A DNA stretch of 40,665 nt from a virus (Duplodnaviria > Heunggongvirae > Uroviricota > Caudoviricetes), in IMG/VR virus record IMGVR_UViG_2660238524_000003. One strand, 5' to 3'. Positions 10,491 to 20,603 of this stretch are shown piece after piece (position 1 is the stretch's first letter; each line of letters opens with the position of its first letter). A program made the translations under genes and the position numbers. The notes beneath the pieces are model-generated. The model was not told the DNA's origin and did no database searches. It saw only the letters and a list, made by a program, of their open reading frames with translations.

Positions 10491-11024
10491 ATGATGCACT
10501 TAAAAAACATTACTGCTGGCAACCCTAAAACAAAAGAGCAATACCAGCTAACAAAGCAATTTAACATCAAATGGCTTTATTCAGCTGATGGAAAAAACTG
10601 GTATGAGGAACAAAAGAATTTCCAGCCAGACACTTTGAAAATGGTCTATGACCATAACGGCGTTATTATTTGTATTGAAAAGGATGTTTCAGCAATTAAT
10701 CCGGAAGGCGCAAGCGTCGTTGAATTACCTGATATTACAGCAAATCGCCGGGCTGATATTTCGGGGAAATGGATGTTCAAAGATGGCGTAGTGGTAAAGC
10801 GAACTTATACCGAGGAAGAGCAGAGGCAACAAGCGGAAAATGAAAAGCAGAGCCTGTTGCAACTTGTCAGGGATAAAACTCAGCTATGGGACTCACAGCT
10901 ACGGCTGGGCATCATTTCCGACGAGAATAAACAAAAATTAACCGAGTGGATGCTCTATGCGCAGAAAGTCGAATCCACAGACACCTCCAGCCTGCCAGTA
11001 ACATTTCCCGAACAACCTGAATGA
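10491..11024 (+). CDS. tail fibre assembly protein, alternative copy
   Basis: 177 aa, MMHLKNI... paralogous to the 11053-11580 copy. Confidence 0.85.
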   Translation: MMHLKNITAGNPKTKEQYQLTKQFNIKWLYSADGKNWYEEQKNFQPDTLKMVYDHNGVIICIEKDVSAINPEGASVVELPDITANRRADISGKWMFKDGVVVKRTYTEEEQRQQAENEKQSLLQLVRDKTQLWDSQLRLGIISDENKQKLTEWMLYAQKVESTDTSSLPVTFPEQPE

Positions 11025-11027
11025 GAC

Positions 11028-11058
11028 AAGGCCCGATAACGGGCCTTAATTTTTATTC
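11028..11058. terminator. stem-loop between convergent assembly genes
   Basis: ggcccg-ataa-cgggcc hairpin (11030-11045) followed by T-rich run. Confidence 0.45.
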
Positions 11059-11580
11059 AGGCTTTTGTGGCCATTCAGGATTTGCCGTATCCACACGGTT
11101 GACCAGAACACTGTAGCGTTCCCATGCTTCCAGTCGTGTGCGTTCCTCGTCTGTTGCCATATTCAGCCTGACAGCGCGTTCCAGCGGCTGGATGACTGAT
11201 TCAGCTTCGGAAAGCAATGCGGCCTTTTGTGATTCGGCCTGTTGTTGCTGTTCGTCAGCCGTATAAATCCGTTTAACCACAGCTCCGTCCTTAAACATCC
11301 ACTTACCGGAATCATCGGTCCGACGATTGGCCGTTATATCGGGAACCTCGACGACGCTAAAACCTTCGGGATTAAGCGTGGAGGCATCTCTGGTGATGGC
11401 GACAATAATATTATTTTCATCGTAAACAATCTTTATGGTGTCTGGCTGAAAGTTTTTCACTTCCTCATACCAGTTTTTTCCGTCCTCAGAGTAAAGCCAG
11501 ATAACTCCGTGTTTCTTTGTTAACTCATACTGTTCCAGTGTTTTAGCATTACCCGCTTTTATGTTCTTTAAGTGCATCAT
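11053..11580 (-). CDS. tail fibre assembly protein (expressed orientation)
   Basis: 175 aa, immediately downstream of H on the same strand. Confidence 0.88.
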   Translation of the reverse strand: MMHLKNIKAGNAKTLEQYELTKKHGVIWLYSEDGKNWYEEVKNFQPDTIKIVYDENNIIVAITRDASTLNPEGFSVVEVPDITANRRTDDSGKWMFKDGAVVKRIYTADEQQQQAESQKAALLSEAESVIQPLERAVRLNMATDEERTRLEAWERYSVLVNRVDTANPEWPQKPE

Positions 11581-11581
11581 A

Positions 11582-13804
11582 TTAAACGCTCGCTACATTA
11601 TACCAGGTGCCATTTATATACTTTTGAACGGGTCTGTAATAAACACCCGCTATATTATCGGCAGAGTTAGACCCTGTATCCTGAACATTAATACCAGACA
11701 ATACATGACCTGAAGGGCACTGGAAATTCCATGTTCGCCAGTTGTTCACTCCATAATATTGCTGTGAACCAAGTCGAACATCTTTCACATAACGGGAATC
11801 AAAGTTACCGTAATCCGAGGGATTAACACGCCCCGTAATATTTATGGTCTTATTACTTTGAATGCTTCCGGGAACAAAGCGCATAACATGGACGTAATTA
11901 GCATAAACATCCAGATTACCATCGCCATTTTGTTTAAAGCCCGTGTCATTATCACCCAATACAATCGAATTACCGCCAAGAGCACTGGATGTTCCGATAC
12001 CCAGTGCACCATTCAGTTGACCACCAGATAACGGCAGTGCACCAACATCTCCTGCTGAAGGTTTTCTGGTGGTGGTGTAAAATTCGGACCAGTCGGCTTC
12101 AAAACCATAACCATCACGGGCTGAACGATAAAAAATACCGCCATTTTTATAATTAATCCGAAACTGAGCTGCAGGACAACTTCCGTCTCCCATATAAAAA
12201 TGAATAATTAACGTTGATGCACCACCAATATTTGCGTTATAGGCTCCGCTACTCCAGTTCCATCCAACTGCTTTATCATTCGCAACGGTGCTTCCTGTTT
12301 TCCCTAAGGCAAACGCACCAACATGACTTGCTTTTAATGTGATATCGGAGGAACCATCAAAAGCCACATTGCTTATTTTCCTGGCAGTTTTTAATTTTGC
12401 AGCTGTAGAAGCATTGCCGGATAGTTCACCAGAAAGGCCACCGCTGAATGTTTGTCGATTAGTCCAGGTATTCGCTGTACTGAGTAACGGTATTTTCTCC
12501 CCGCTTGTGCCGAGTTCTCGTAAACCGAGGTATTCGATAACGGCAGCAACGGTCGATTTCGCAAGAATATCCCGCCCGACTTTTGTCAGGGTTGCCAGGC
12601 TGGCGACATCATTCCCCGTAAAATACGGAAACTTGCCTGCCGCAGTAGTAAGTCCGGCCAGCGCCGTCAGGGTGGCATCTTTCGGTTGCTTACCCGCAAG
12701 CGCGTTAGTCATGGTGGTCGCAAAATTCGGGTCGTTGCCCAGCGCCGCAGCCAGCTCGTTCAGCGTGTTCAGTGCATCAGGTGACGAATCTACAAGGGCG
12801 GCAATCGCAGCCATAACGAAAGCCGTGCTTGCGATTTGGGTATTATTCGTTCCCTGTCGCGCAGTTGGTGTTGTTGGCGTTCCGGTCAGTGCAGGACTAT
12901 TTAAGGGCGCTTTCTTGTTCGTTTCATCCATTACCGCCTTAACAGCTTTCGATGTCGCGGCCAGTGTTTCAGACGTGCTGTTGGTGGCACTACTGAGCTG
13001 GACTATCCCTTTTTGTGCCGTCGTGGCGTCCTGAGCGGTATATTTTGCGTTAGCAAGGTCATACGCGGCCTTTACTGCTTTCGGCGTTGCAGCCTGCGTT
13101 TCAGACGTGCTGTTGGTGGCGCTACTGAGCTGGACAAGGCCTTTTCGCGTCGTGCTGGCATCCTGCGCAGTATATTTACCGTTAGCAAGGTCATACGCGG
13201 CCTTTACTGCTTTCGGCGTTGCAGCCTGCGTTTCAGACACGCTGTTAGTGGCGCTACTGAGTTGAACAAAGCCTTTTGCGGTCAGCGAGGCGTCCGGGTG
13301 ACGTCGTGACTGTTCATGCTCTTTCAGTTTGTCATCCACGTAATCCACTGTGGCCATCACCATGGTGTTATCCACGGTAAGCACCACGGTGGCAGTGCTG
13401 GATACGGTCAGAATGGTGCGAAATGTTTGTGCACGACCGGACCCTTCGGCAACGGCTGGCTTGTAACTTTCGGCAGTATTGCCCACCGCGATTAAATCGC
13501 CGTGCTCATCAAATACACCAATTTCCCGGATCCAGAATCCGCCCGTTTCAGGAGGAATAACCAGCTCCGCAATAATGCGGTTCTGATGTGTTGCGTCCAG
13601 GATGACGCGATTAACAGTATGTCGCCACACCTCATGCACCAGACGGGTCTGCTTACTGTCTGGTGTGGGCAACGTGCCGCCACCGTCGCCCACGGCCATA
13701 TGAGTCAGGCGGACAGGCTTACCATCTGGCGCGGCTGCCTGAGCTAATTTTTTGGCACCCGTATCGGTGATAACGGTTTTAAATTTACGTGTTGTGGTAC
13801 TCAT
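11582..13804 (-). CDS. tail fibre protein H
   Basis: 740 aa; N-terminus resembles P2 H. The C-terminal ~310 codons lie inside the invertible segment. Confidence 0.92.
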   Translation of the reverse strand: MSTTTRKFKTVITDTGAKKLAQAAAPDGKPVRLTHMAVGDGGGTLPTPDSKQTRLVHEVWRHTVNRVILDATHQNRIIAELVIPPETGGFWIREIGVFDEHGDLIAVGNTAESYKPAVAEGSGRAQTFRTILTVSSTATVVLTVDNTMVMATVDYVDDKLKEHEQSRRHPDASLTAKGFVQLSSATNSVSETQAATPKAVKAAYDLANGKYTAQDASTTRKGLVQLSSATNSTSETQAATPKAVKAAYDLANAKYTAQDATTAQKGIVQLSSATNSTSETLAATSKAVKAVMDETNKKAPLNSPALTGTPTTPTARQGTNNTQIASTAFVMAAIAALVDSSPDALNTLNELAAALGNDPNFATTMTNALAGKQPKDATLTALAGLTTAAGKFPYFTGNDVASLATLTKVGRDILAKSTVAAVIEYLGLRELGTSGEKIPLLSTANTWTNRQTFSGGLSGELSGNASTAAKLKTARKISNVAFDGSSDITLKASHVGAFALGKTGSTVANDKAVGWNWSSGAYNANIGGASTLIIHFYMGDGSCPAAQFRINYKNGGIFYRSARDGYGFEADWSEFYTTTRKPSAGDVGALPLSGGQLNGALGIGTSSALGGNSIVLGDNDTGFKQNGDGNLDVYANYVHVMRFVPGSIQSNKTINITGRVNPSDYGNFDSRYVKDVRLGSQQYYGVNNWRTWNFQCPSGHVLSGINVQDTGSNSADNIAGVYYRPVQKYINGTWYNVASV
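12429..12531. repeat. right inverted repeat of invertible segment
   Basis: Reverse complement of 9776-9878; gix-like site at 12515-12540. Confidence 0.9.
12934..13330. repeat. three tandem 132-bp repeats inside tail fibre gene
   Basis: gtttcagac(g/a)... recurs at 12966, 13098 and 13230; encodes three 44-aa repeats (...[33 protein letters not shown]...). Confidence 0.75.
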
Positions 13805-13806
13805 GC

Positions 13807-14337
13807 TTAATCGTCCGGATAAATGGTAATGACTTCGCCGTCGTAAGTTGCTGCCGCCGCGAAAATATCTCCCTGAATCTCCTGAATGATATTCAGCCCT
13901 GTCATGTGGCGGCTGACCGGGCGGGCATCAGCAATCAACCGCTCCATTTCCAGATACATTTCCTCCGTCACGCCACTGTCCAGCGTGCCGACTTCAACGG
14001 TAAATGTTCCCGGTTCTCCGCCGAACTCCCACCACTCAGACACGCGAATGAGGTATCCCAGCGGCTCAATGGCCCGGCGCAGTGCGCTGATGGTCCCTTT
14101 GTGTCGGTGTATCAGCCATGCATCACGAATCACCTGTCGCTTTGTCTCTTCCGGCCAGTTGCGATCCCAGCGGTCAACGGAAAATGCCCAGGCGAGATAA
14201 GGCAGCAGATGCACCGGGCAGGTGTCCGGTGACCACAGCGTGTTGAGGTCTACCGGGATGTCTGTAATGCGCGCTCCGACAGCTTCGGCGCAACGCATGA
14301 AATTGCTGGCTGATGGCGGTAACAGTGAATTACTCAT
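13807..14337 (-). CDS. baseplate protein I
   Basis: Position and size as P2 gpI; start at ATG 14337 with AAGGTGG RBS. Confidence 0.85.
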   Translation of the reverse strand: MSNSLLPPSASNFMRCAEAVGARITDIPVDLNTLWSPDTCPVHLLPYLAWAFSVDRWDRNWPEETKRQVIRDAWLIHRHKGTISALRRAIEPLGYLIRVSEWWEFGGEPGTFTVEVGTLDSGVTEEMYLEMERLIADARPVSRHMTGLNIIQEIQGDIFAAAATYDGEVITIYPDD

Positions 14338-15226
14338 TACGCCCACCTTCGCTGATGGTGAATGACTCACAGCGCGCCGCCTGTATGTCGCTGATGGCCA
14401 TATTCTGTGTGGGTTCGATTATCTCCACGCGTTGCACGCCGTGCACATGAAGTGCGGCAGCAATGGCTGACAACGCCACGTCCTGACCAATAAGCCCCTG
14501 CTCAGCCAGCCACTTCCTGAACGACGATTCAGCCGCAGCCAGAATAGGTTCGGATTCCGGGCCGGGGTAAAAGTACAGTTTTGCATTCAGCCGCCATGTC
14601 ACGATGCTGGCGCTCTGTACGGTCAGTCGGTCGGCCACCGGGCGGGTATCCTCTGCATTCAGAACGGCGCGAACGGTATTAAGCAACGCCTCCGTTGCTG
14701 TGCCGTCGCCTTCAGTGGACAGAATGGAAACCGTCACACAGGCCGGAGACGGGCTGATGGCCCGCGCATCACGCACCAGACCGCTGGCGCTGCGTGCAAA
14801 ATACTCGTATGCACCTGACGGGCCAGCAACACTCAGGCCGTCATACGCCCGCTGCGCCCGCAGTCTCAGCGAGGTGTCGCTCTCCATCACCGCGTCGGTG
14901 GTATCCGTTGCCGGAGTGATAACCAGGCGCTTTGTGTTCATATTGCCCGCGAGGTTGTCCAGGTTTGTCCCTGAACCGTGGCTTAACATGCAGGCGCGTG
15001 CGCCCTCGTTAACCCGCTGGCGTAACAGCATTTCACGAAACGACATGGTTTGAGCGATAACGTTCAGGGGTTCTGATTCCAGCTCCAGCGCGGCGGAGAC
15101 GGCTTCACGCTGTTCGGCAGGATAGGACGCAATCATCATGGCCTTTGTGTCAGCCAGAATTGCCTCAAAATCAGGCTCCGCGATGATGGCGGGTTCCGGT
15201 AACTGGGAAAGATCAACAGCAGGCAT
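14330..15226 (-). CDS. baseplate assembly protein J
   Basis: 298 aa, MPAVDLSQLPEP... resembles P2 gpJ. Confidence 0.9.
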   Translation of the reverse strand: MPAVDLSQLPEPAIIAEPDFEAILADTKAMMIASYPAEQREAVSAALELESEPLNVIAQTMSFREMLLRQRVNEGARACMLSHGSGTNLDNLAGNMNTKRLVITPATDTTDAVMESDTSLRLRAQRAYDGLSVAGPSGAYEYFARSASGLVRDARAISPSPACVTVSILSTEGDGTATEALLNTVRAVLNAEDTRPVADRLTVQSASIVTWRLNAKLYFYPGPESEPILAAAESSFRKWLAEQGLIGQDVALSAIAAALHVHGVQRVEIIEPTQNMAISDIQAARCESFTISEGGRNE

Positions 15227-15229
15227 GAT

Positions 15230-15580
15230 TTACTCTCTCAGCGTGATGGTTAATTCAACATTCTGCATGGTCTGCATGACAGTGCCCGACAGCGTCACCC
15301 CGGCGCGGCCTCCTGCCTTCCAGACAACGTCGATGGCGTCCAGGGCAATGCGGGGTTCCCATCGTGTCAGCGCAATCACGGCAGCACTCATGCATTGCAG
15401 ACGCGTGGTGTTATTCATGGGTTCGTCAATCAAATCAGGCACAAGGCTGCCATATTCCCGTCGCATAACCCGGCTTGCCAGCGGGGTGATCAGGATGTCC
15501 CTGACTGACTGTTTCAGGTGCTCCATATCGTTCAGGTTTCCCGTCCCGTCCGGGTTCATTCCTGTGTAGCGGGTTGTCAC
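15230..15580 (-). CDS. baseplate wedge protein W
   Basis: MTTRYTGMN... resembles P2 gpW; GTG start overlaps V stop (GTGA), GGAGG RBS. Confidence 0.88.
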   Translation of the reverse strand: MTTRYTGMNPDGTGNLNDMEHLKQSVRDILITPLASRVMRREYGSLVPDLIDEPMNNTTRLQCMSAAVIALTRWEPRIALDAIDVVWKAGGRAGVTLSGTVMQTMQNVELTITLRE

Positions 15581-16158
15581 TGCGGGCCTCCTGTCGAATC
15601 GCTGCCACCTTTAACGCCACCGTGCTTATGCGTATGCACGGTAATGCCGTTTGAGGTGAAATTGCCGCCGCTGTGCGTGATATTGCCGCTCATCTTTCCC
15701 TCTTTTGTGACGTCAAGCGTCGCCGTTCTCAGAAGGTTTGTGCATTCCACGACGGGCGTATCCAGTGTCACGCTGACGGATGCCTGCAGGGTGGCTGTTT
15801 TCATGCCGCTGGCGCTCAGTGCGCCAGCGTCTGCGTCGTAGCGGAACACCGCGCCATCCGGCGCGCTGACCACGATTTCTTTCAGGCTTTTGCCGGGGGC
15901 CGGACTGGCATCACTCCACAGGCTGCCAATTATCATGGCGGTTTCCGGGTTGCCGCCAATGCAGGCAATTACCACCTGTTCGCCTGGTGATGGCGGCAGC
16001 CACACATTGAAGGCTCCCGCGCGCGTGGTGTTCCAGCGCAACCAGCCTGTTTCCAGTTCGCCGCTGCGAACGCGCACGCGCCAGGACTTCTCATCAACTT
16101 CAGAGATGATCCCGGTGCGGATGATGTTGCTCAGCAGTCGCATGAGTTCTGCGCTCAC
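15577..16158 (-). CDS. baseplate spike protein V
   Basis: C-terminal ...HTHKHGG... as P2 gpV; GTG start with GGAGG RBS, overlapping S stop. Confidence 0.88.
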   Translation of the reverse strand: MSAELMRLLSNIIRTGIISEVDEKSWRVRVRSGELETGWLRWNTTRAGAFNVWLPPSPGEQVVIACIGGNPETAMIIGSLWSDASPAPGKSLKEIVVSAPDGAVFRYDADAGALSASGMKTATLQASVSVTLDTPVVECTNLLRTATLDVTKEGKMSGNITHSGGNFTSNGITVHTHKHGGVKGGSDSTGGPQ

Positions 16159-16790
16159 CGTACAGCCTCCGCAATCCGGCCCAGCACCGTGTTATAAATC
16201 AGGCGCTCATCTGCCTGGCTGATACCCAACAGCTCACGTACCGGGTAATCGGTGAAAATGCCCGGCGCAACCTGATCGCGCTCACCGAACTGATGAACGC
16301 GTGCAATACGTGCGGCCACGCCGCTGTAACCCACCGTCACACCGGAGGCATCTGCACGGGCTTTCAGGTAGCGGGCGGTGCGCAGTTTTACGAACATGGG
16401 GACGCGCTTTGTGCTGTCCTGGTTGATGCGCCGGGTGCGTATTTCCAGAAAACGGTCGATGTCATCCCGGTAAAACGTGCGGATATTGTTTTTATCCTCA
16501 TCCCACCCGGTAATGGTTCGCCCGTATTTCCCTGTGTCGTGATGCCAGTTTTTCAGCGTGCGTGCTTCGTTATTCCAGATAAAGCGAATGCGCTCCTGTA
16601 TCCGGGTTACGCGGCGTCTGCGTGGTGTCCATTCGGTCCCGTCCGGCGCTTTTTGTGACCGGATACGTGCCTGCTGGGCGCGACGTAAATCCTGTGCCAG
16701 CTTTCTGGCGATGTTATTGATGGCCTGCTGATTCAGGCTGTCGCGGATAGCCTCAAAGGTTTCATCCACGCGGGTGAATGCCTTATCCAT
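16155..16790 (-). CDS. tail completion / virion morphogenesis protein S
   Basis: Position between R and V; start at ATG 16790. Longer than P2 gpS, so assignment is by synteny. Confidence 0.65.
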   Translation of the reverse strand: MDKAFTRVDETFEAIRDSLNQQAINNIARKLAQDLRRAQQARIRSQKAPDGTEWTPRRRRVTRIQERIRFIWNNEARTLKNWHHDTGKYGRTITGWDEDKNNIRTFYRDDIDRFLEIRTRRINQDSTKRVPMFVKLRTARYLKARADASGVTVGYSGVAARIARVHQFGERDQVAPGIFTDYPVRELLGISQADERLIYNTVLGRIAEAVR

Positions 16791-17250
16791 CGCTTTCACC
16801 CCACGTCACATCCTGGAATACATGCGACCAGTCGCCTTCGGAAGAAGGCAGACGGGGTTTTGGCTCCGGCAGGTGTTCTGCCTGCGGTGTGCCCTGACTG
16901 TTGCGCGTGATGCGAACGCGTTCCCGCAGGGGGAGCGTAAACAGGAGATCGGCGCTGTCATCGTCATTGATAACGGCAGAAAATTTGATGTCCTGATTAC
17001 GCTCCGGATTGAGCAACAACTGTGGCTGATTTTCGGATAACCACGCCAGCAGCGGCAGCGTGAGGTCGTCCAGCTCTCCGGCGTAATCCATGACAAACAT
17101 CACCATCTGATAGCGGTAAACAAACGAGGGCGCTTCTCCGGTCGTTTCAATGTTGCCGCTCTCCACGAAAATGGTGAATTTCTCGGGATTAGCCTGGCAC
17201 CACCGACACCCATGAAGCATGGACTCTCGCAGACTGTTTGTCTTAAGCAT
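16783..17250 (-). CDS. tail completion protein R
   Basis: 155 aa, MLK..SLR... resembles P2 gpR. Confidence 0.8.
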   Translation of the reverse strand: MLKTNSLRESMLHGCRWCQANPEKFTIFVESGNIETTGEAPSFVYRYQMVMFVMDYAGELDDLTLPLLAWLSENQPQLLLNPERNQDIKFSAVINDDDSADLLFTLPLRERVRITRNSQGTPQAEHLPEPKPRLPSSEGDWSHVFQDVTWGESDG

Positions 17251-17273
17251 CTGTTTTGCTCTCCTGCTCTTCC

Positions 17274-19151
17274 TTATGCTGCGGGATTATTGATTTCCAG
17301 CACCAGGCTGCCGATATCGACGCCGTACGCGGCATTTTTAGTGATATCAGTTAACGTCAGCGCATTCAGCCCCAGTGTCAGACTGTCTTTTATGACCTGG
17401 AATGCCGGGCCAGCCACTCCATTCAGTTTCGGAGTAACCGTGGCACTGCCGGCGGTGAACACCAGCTCCAGCGTCTGCCAGTCGTTACTGTAATTCCCGA
17501 ACTCGCCCAACTTTGTGTTTCCTGCTTTCTTGTGATGCATCAGATTCAGTTTGCCGTCTGTGGTCTGGGTGAAGAACGACATCAGGAACGGGTTACCAGT
17601 CCCGGTCATCGCCACGACGTCAGGTAACGCTACATCGGTATACAGATAAATTCCCAGACCGAACTGATTGTTGGTCAGTGCGCCTGACAGTCGAAACTTA
17701 CAGCTCAGTCTGCCACCCCGTGTCAGCAGGGAGACTGCGTCATCCACCGGGCGCGTCAGGGACCAGGCTTTATTGCTCTGCTTGGTGATCTTAAATACAC
17801 CCTCTGACAACTGAATTCCGCCATTCTTAATGCTCCAGCCCTGCGCAGCAGCATCTCCGGCTGTCGGCAACAGGGAGATTGTGCGTACGGATGCATCTTC
17901 AGACGGCCCCGATGGCGTGTCGCCGCCGGGCGAGGGTTTGATTTCCGGTGCCTTACCACTGATGAAGGCTAAGGTGCGACCGGCTACGTTCAGAATAGCG
18001 GTTGCCATACGATCGGGAATAATGCCACGACGCGCCCATGAGCTGAAATGCGTCTGGCGATTTGATGATACCCAGTTTTTGTTCGTTCGGGATGCCGAAC
18101 CGTAATATCCCTCACTTGCAGCATCCGGATCTTCCGTTGGTGCGTTGGTGGAGGTATTGTTGCCACTACCATCGGTCAGGAACGGCACAAAGAAAACGTT
18201 GTCGCTCTCCCTGTTTTTGTACGCCCCGTAAATGGTGTCGTACTGCGTGCCGTAGGTGTTTTTCCAGTAATACGTCGTGTCACCACAAATCCATGGCACA
18301 CTTGCCGCTCTGCCTCCATGACACTGCGTGTTAAACTCGGTAATGTCCGCACGAAACTGTTTCAGCATGGCCGTAAACAGCGGAGGTTGCTGTGAGTACG
18401 TAGCGGCGCTCATGTCAAATTCGCCCTGCATCCAGCATACGGCCAGCAGCATGTTTTTTGGGTTTTTCTGCAATGCGGCCTTCGTGCGCAAAATCAGGTC
18501 CTGATATAAAGGTTTACCCACACCCCAGCGAGCCGAATCCTGACTGGCTCCTGTGGACTCGCTGAATGTCCCCTCCGCGCCCTGGGTGAATGCCGAACCA
18601 CCACGACAGCATGGAACCAGTAAAATCCCGGCATTCTGTGGAATGTAAGGCAACAGGCGTTTGGCAATATGCAAGCCCTGTCCGACACAGCCATACTGCC
18701 CTTTGCTCAGGTCTGCATTCGGGTGATTCAGTGCGCTCATATCCTGAACATCATGCAGGCAGTGGTCTGCCGGAATGATGTCGTTAAATGCGCATGCTTT
18801 ACCACCGGGAGTCACTGTGTTGCGACGGGCCAGTTGCTTAATGCGTGGGTGGGGCGCATCGTAAGAATCCGGCAGCGGCATTCCCTCACCATATGACATG
18901 GCATTGGATTGACCAGCAAGTACCACCACGTAATACCACTCCGGCACGCTGCCGTGCTGGGGGGAATCAGGTGAGATGTCTGTAGTGCCATCGGCCACCA
19001 TTGCCTGCATTAGATACCACGGGGTGCCGGGTTCGTAGGCAACCCGCGTCTCCCCCTGAAGATGCCACCCTTTCGCAAGATGTTCATTCACCTTTTGAGT
19101 CAGTTCAGCCTGTGTCATGGCTGTAATCAGTGCAAAGTTCTTACTGGTCAT
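17274..19151 (-). CDS. SGNH-hydrolase esterase, sialate O-acetylesterase (NanS-p)-like cargo protein
   Basis: 625 aa; GQSN block-I motif (VVVLAGQSNAMSYGEG) of the SASA esterase family, with N-terminal extra domain and long C-terminal domain. No P2 equivalent between lysC and R. Confidence 0.7.
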   Translation of the reverse strand: MTSKNFALITAMTQAELTQKVNEHLAKGWHLQGETRVAYEPGTPWYLMQAMVADGTTDISPDSPQHGSVPEWYYVVVLAGQSNAMSYGEGMPLPDSYDAPHPRIKQLARRNTVTPGGKACAFNDIIPADHCLHDVQDMSALNHPNADLSKGQYGCVGQGLHIAKRLLPYIPQNAGILLVPCCRGGSAFTQGAEGTFSESTGASQDSARWGVGKPLYQDLILRTKAALQKNPKNMLLAVCWMQGEFDMSAATYSQQPPLFTAMLKQFRADITEFNTQCHGGRAASVPWICGDTTYYWKNTYGTQYDTIYGAYKNRESDNVFFVPFLTDGSGNNTSTNAPTEDPDAASEGYYGSASRTNKNWVSSNRQTHFSSWARRGIIPDRMATAILNVAGRTLAFISGKAPEIKPSPGGDTPSGPSEDASVRTISLLPTAGDAAAQGWSIKNGGIQLSEGVFKITKQSNKAWSLTRPVDDAVSLLTRGGRLSCKFRLSGALTNNQFGLGIYLYTDVALPDVVAMTGTGNPFLMSFFTQTTDGKLNLMHHKKAGNTKLGEFGNYSNDWQTLELVFTAGSATVTPKLNGVAGPAFQVIKDSLTLGLNALTLTDITKNAAYGVDIGSLVLEINNPAA

Positions 19152-19429
19152 TGTGTTACTCCCGTCTGGTGTGTCAGTTCGGCTATTCTCTTATCCAGTT
19201 CAGCAATGGCCCGTTTATCCGCGTTACAGGTTTCCAGTGCATCCAGAAGGCGGTCGCCCCATATTCCGAGGTTTCCCCATGTGGGTGGGTCAGGGAAGGG
19301 GGGAGGCGTTACCGGCATGGTCAGCGTCTGCGGTATAAGCCGGACTGACGGCGCTGGCCCTGGCGCGTTCTGCGTGCCTGCGCAACCTGTCAGTAAAACG
19401 AGCGTCAGGCAAAGCGTGGGCGCATTCAT
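19148..19429 (-). CDS. o-spanin lipoprotein (LysC/Rz1-like)
   Basis: Signal peptide with lipobox LLTGC; begins embedded in the LysB frame and extends past it. Confidence 0.7.
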   Translation of the reverse strand: MNAPTLCLTLVLLTGCAGTQNAPGPAPSVRLIPQTLTMPVTPPPFPDPPTWGNLGIWGDRLLDALETCNADKRAIAELDKRIAELTHQTGVTQ

Positions 19430-19685
19430 CTTTTGCAATATCGTTGCGTAGCTGTTCACGTCTTACCTCTCCGTCCTGATTGCGTTGCTGATTTTCCGCG
19501 CGGAGCTGAGCCAGCACCTGCTGCATATCCTGTACCCCGGCGCTGATGATATTCAGTGTGTCGACGGTACTTTTCAGGGTGCTGGCCTGCGCTTCGTTTC
19601 TGGCGTTCTCCCGGCCCAGCGACCACGACAGACGCATGGATGTAATCAGAAGGAAAGCGACGCCAAGCGTGGGCCAGAGCTTCAT
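19290..19685 (-). CDS. i-spanin (LysB/Rz-like)
   Basis: N-terminal TM helix (MKLWPTLGVAFLLITS) followed by a charged, Gln-rich coiled coil; ATGA overlap with endolysin stop. Confidence 0.75.
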   Translation of the reverse strand: MKLWPTLGVAFLLITSMRLSWSLGRENARNEAQASTLKSTVDTLNIISAGVQDMQQVLAQLRAENQQRNQDGEVRREQLRNDIAKDECAHALPDARFTDRLRRHAERARASAVSPAYTADADHAGNASPLP

Positions 19686-20074
19686 GCCGGATAGGCTCCG
19701 TGTGGTAACTGAAAATGCGGTCCGTCTTTCAGGGTCTTCCAGTCGCCGCCCCATTCCACCGGAATATTCAGTTCCTGGCTGGCCTGTCTGAATGCTGCTG
19801 CGATTTTTTCGTACAGCGGCCATTCCCATGACACCTGGTTGCCGACATAAGCCACAACATCCACGGCATGCCCTGTGAGATGGCGACTGTTCATGGTCTG
19901 GCTCTTGCCTGTGGTCACGAGCTGCTTCTGACGATAACGACTGCGCAATCCTTCGGTGATACCAAAATCCACTTCCGAGATTTCCAGCGCCCGTCGGGTC
20001 ACTTTCACCAGATCAGGATTTACACCCTGCAAATTCTTTTCGCTCCGGCTGCTGAATTTAAATGTGTTGCTCAT
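19682..20074 (-). CDS. endolysin, peptidase M15-type
   Basis: 130 aa with NSRHLTGHAVD zinc-peptidase-like motif; GAAGGAGAGGA RBS. Confidence 0.7.
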   Translation of the reverse strand: MSNTFKFSSRSEKNLQGVNPDLVKVTRRALEISEVDFGITEGLRSRYRQKQLVTTGKSQTMNSRHLTGHAVDVVAYVGNQVSWEWPLYEKIAAAFRQASQELNIPVEWGGDWKTLKDGPHFQLPHGAYPA

Positions 20075-20394
20075 TCGTTCCTCTCCTTCACCCTGCGATC
20101 AAATATTGCAATAACCTTGTCGCGTGCTTTCTCTGCGCCCATAAAACCGATTGAGGCACCAAAAAACGTCACTGCATCCTCAGGGATCCCGAAGAAGCGC
20201 AGCGACCCGGCCACGGCCATGGCAAGAACGCCGCACGCCAGCGATCCCGTTACGGTCTGAACCAGTGTTCGTCCGTCATAAAGACTCATCAGCGCGGAAA
20301 TGCTGACCGCCGCGCCTACTGCATACACCGTTGGCAGGTGGTCAAAGAGCCACGCAATAACCTGCTCTGTGATCCCTGTTTGAATGGTGCTCAC
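20071..20394 (-). CDS. putative holin
   Basis: 107 aa, two or three hydrophobic helices and basic C-terminus; GTG start with GGGGGGAG RBS just after the gpX stop. Confidence 0.55.
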   Translation of the reverse strand: MSTIQTGITEQVIAWLFDHLPTVYAVGAAVSISALMSLYDGRTLVQTVTGSLACGVLAMAVAGSLRFFGIPEDAVTFFGASIGFMGAEKARDKVIAIFDRRVKERNE

Positions 20395-20396
20395 TG

Positions 20397-20603
20397 CTAC
20401 TCCCCCCACAACTGAATCATTTCTCGTTTCTTCTTCTCCGGCTCCGGCATCTCCACTTCCTGCCCGGCGTCCAGAAATACCTGCTGACAGAGTCCGGGGT
20501 TGGCATCCAGCACCTTTTCGGTGACGCCCTGTGTCGTGCCGTAGTACCGGAAACAGAGCGAATCCACGGTGTCGCCTTCCAGTGCCTTCACTTTCATCAG
20601 CAC
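20397..20603 (-). CDS. tail protein X
   Basis: 68 aa, ...RYYG.T.GV.E.VL.ANPGL... resembles P2 gpX. Confidence 0.85.
   Translation of the reverse strand: MLMKVKALEGDTVDSLCFRYYGTTQGVTEKVLDANPGLCQQVFLDAGQEVEMPEPEKKKREMIQLWGE

Larger units (their letters stand above)
9780..12527. other. invertible tail-fibre host-range segment (G-segment-like)
   Basis: Bounded by inverted gix-like sites; contains two alternative fibre C-terminal cassettes and two tail-fibre assembly genes in opposite orientations, next to the invertase. Confidence 0.8.

Noticed and set aside
12339-13034. 231-aa + strand ORF inside tail fibre gene H
   Set aside because: Antisense to H across its tandem-repeat region; the open frame follows from the repeats.
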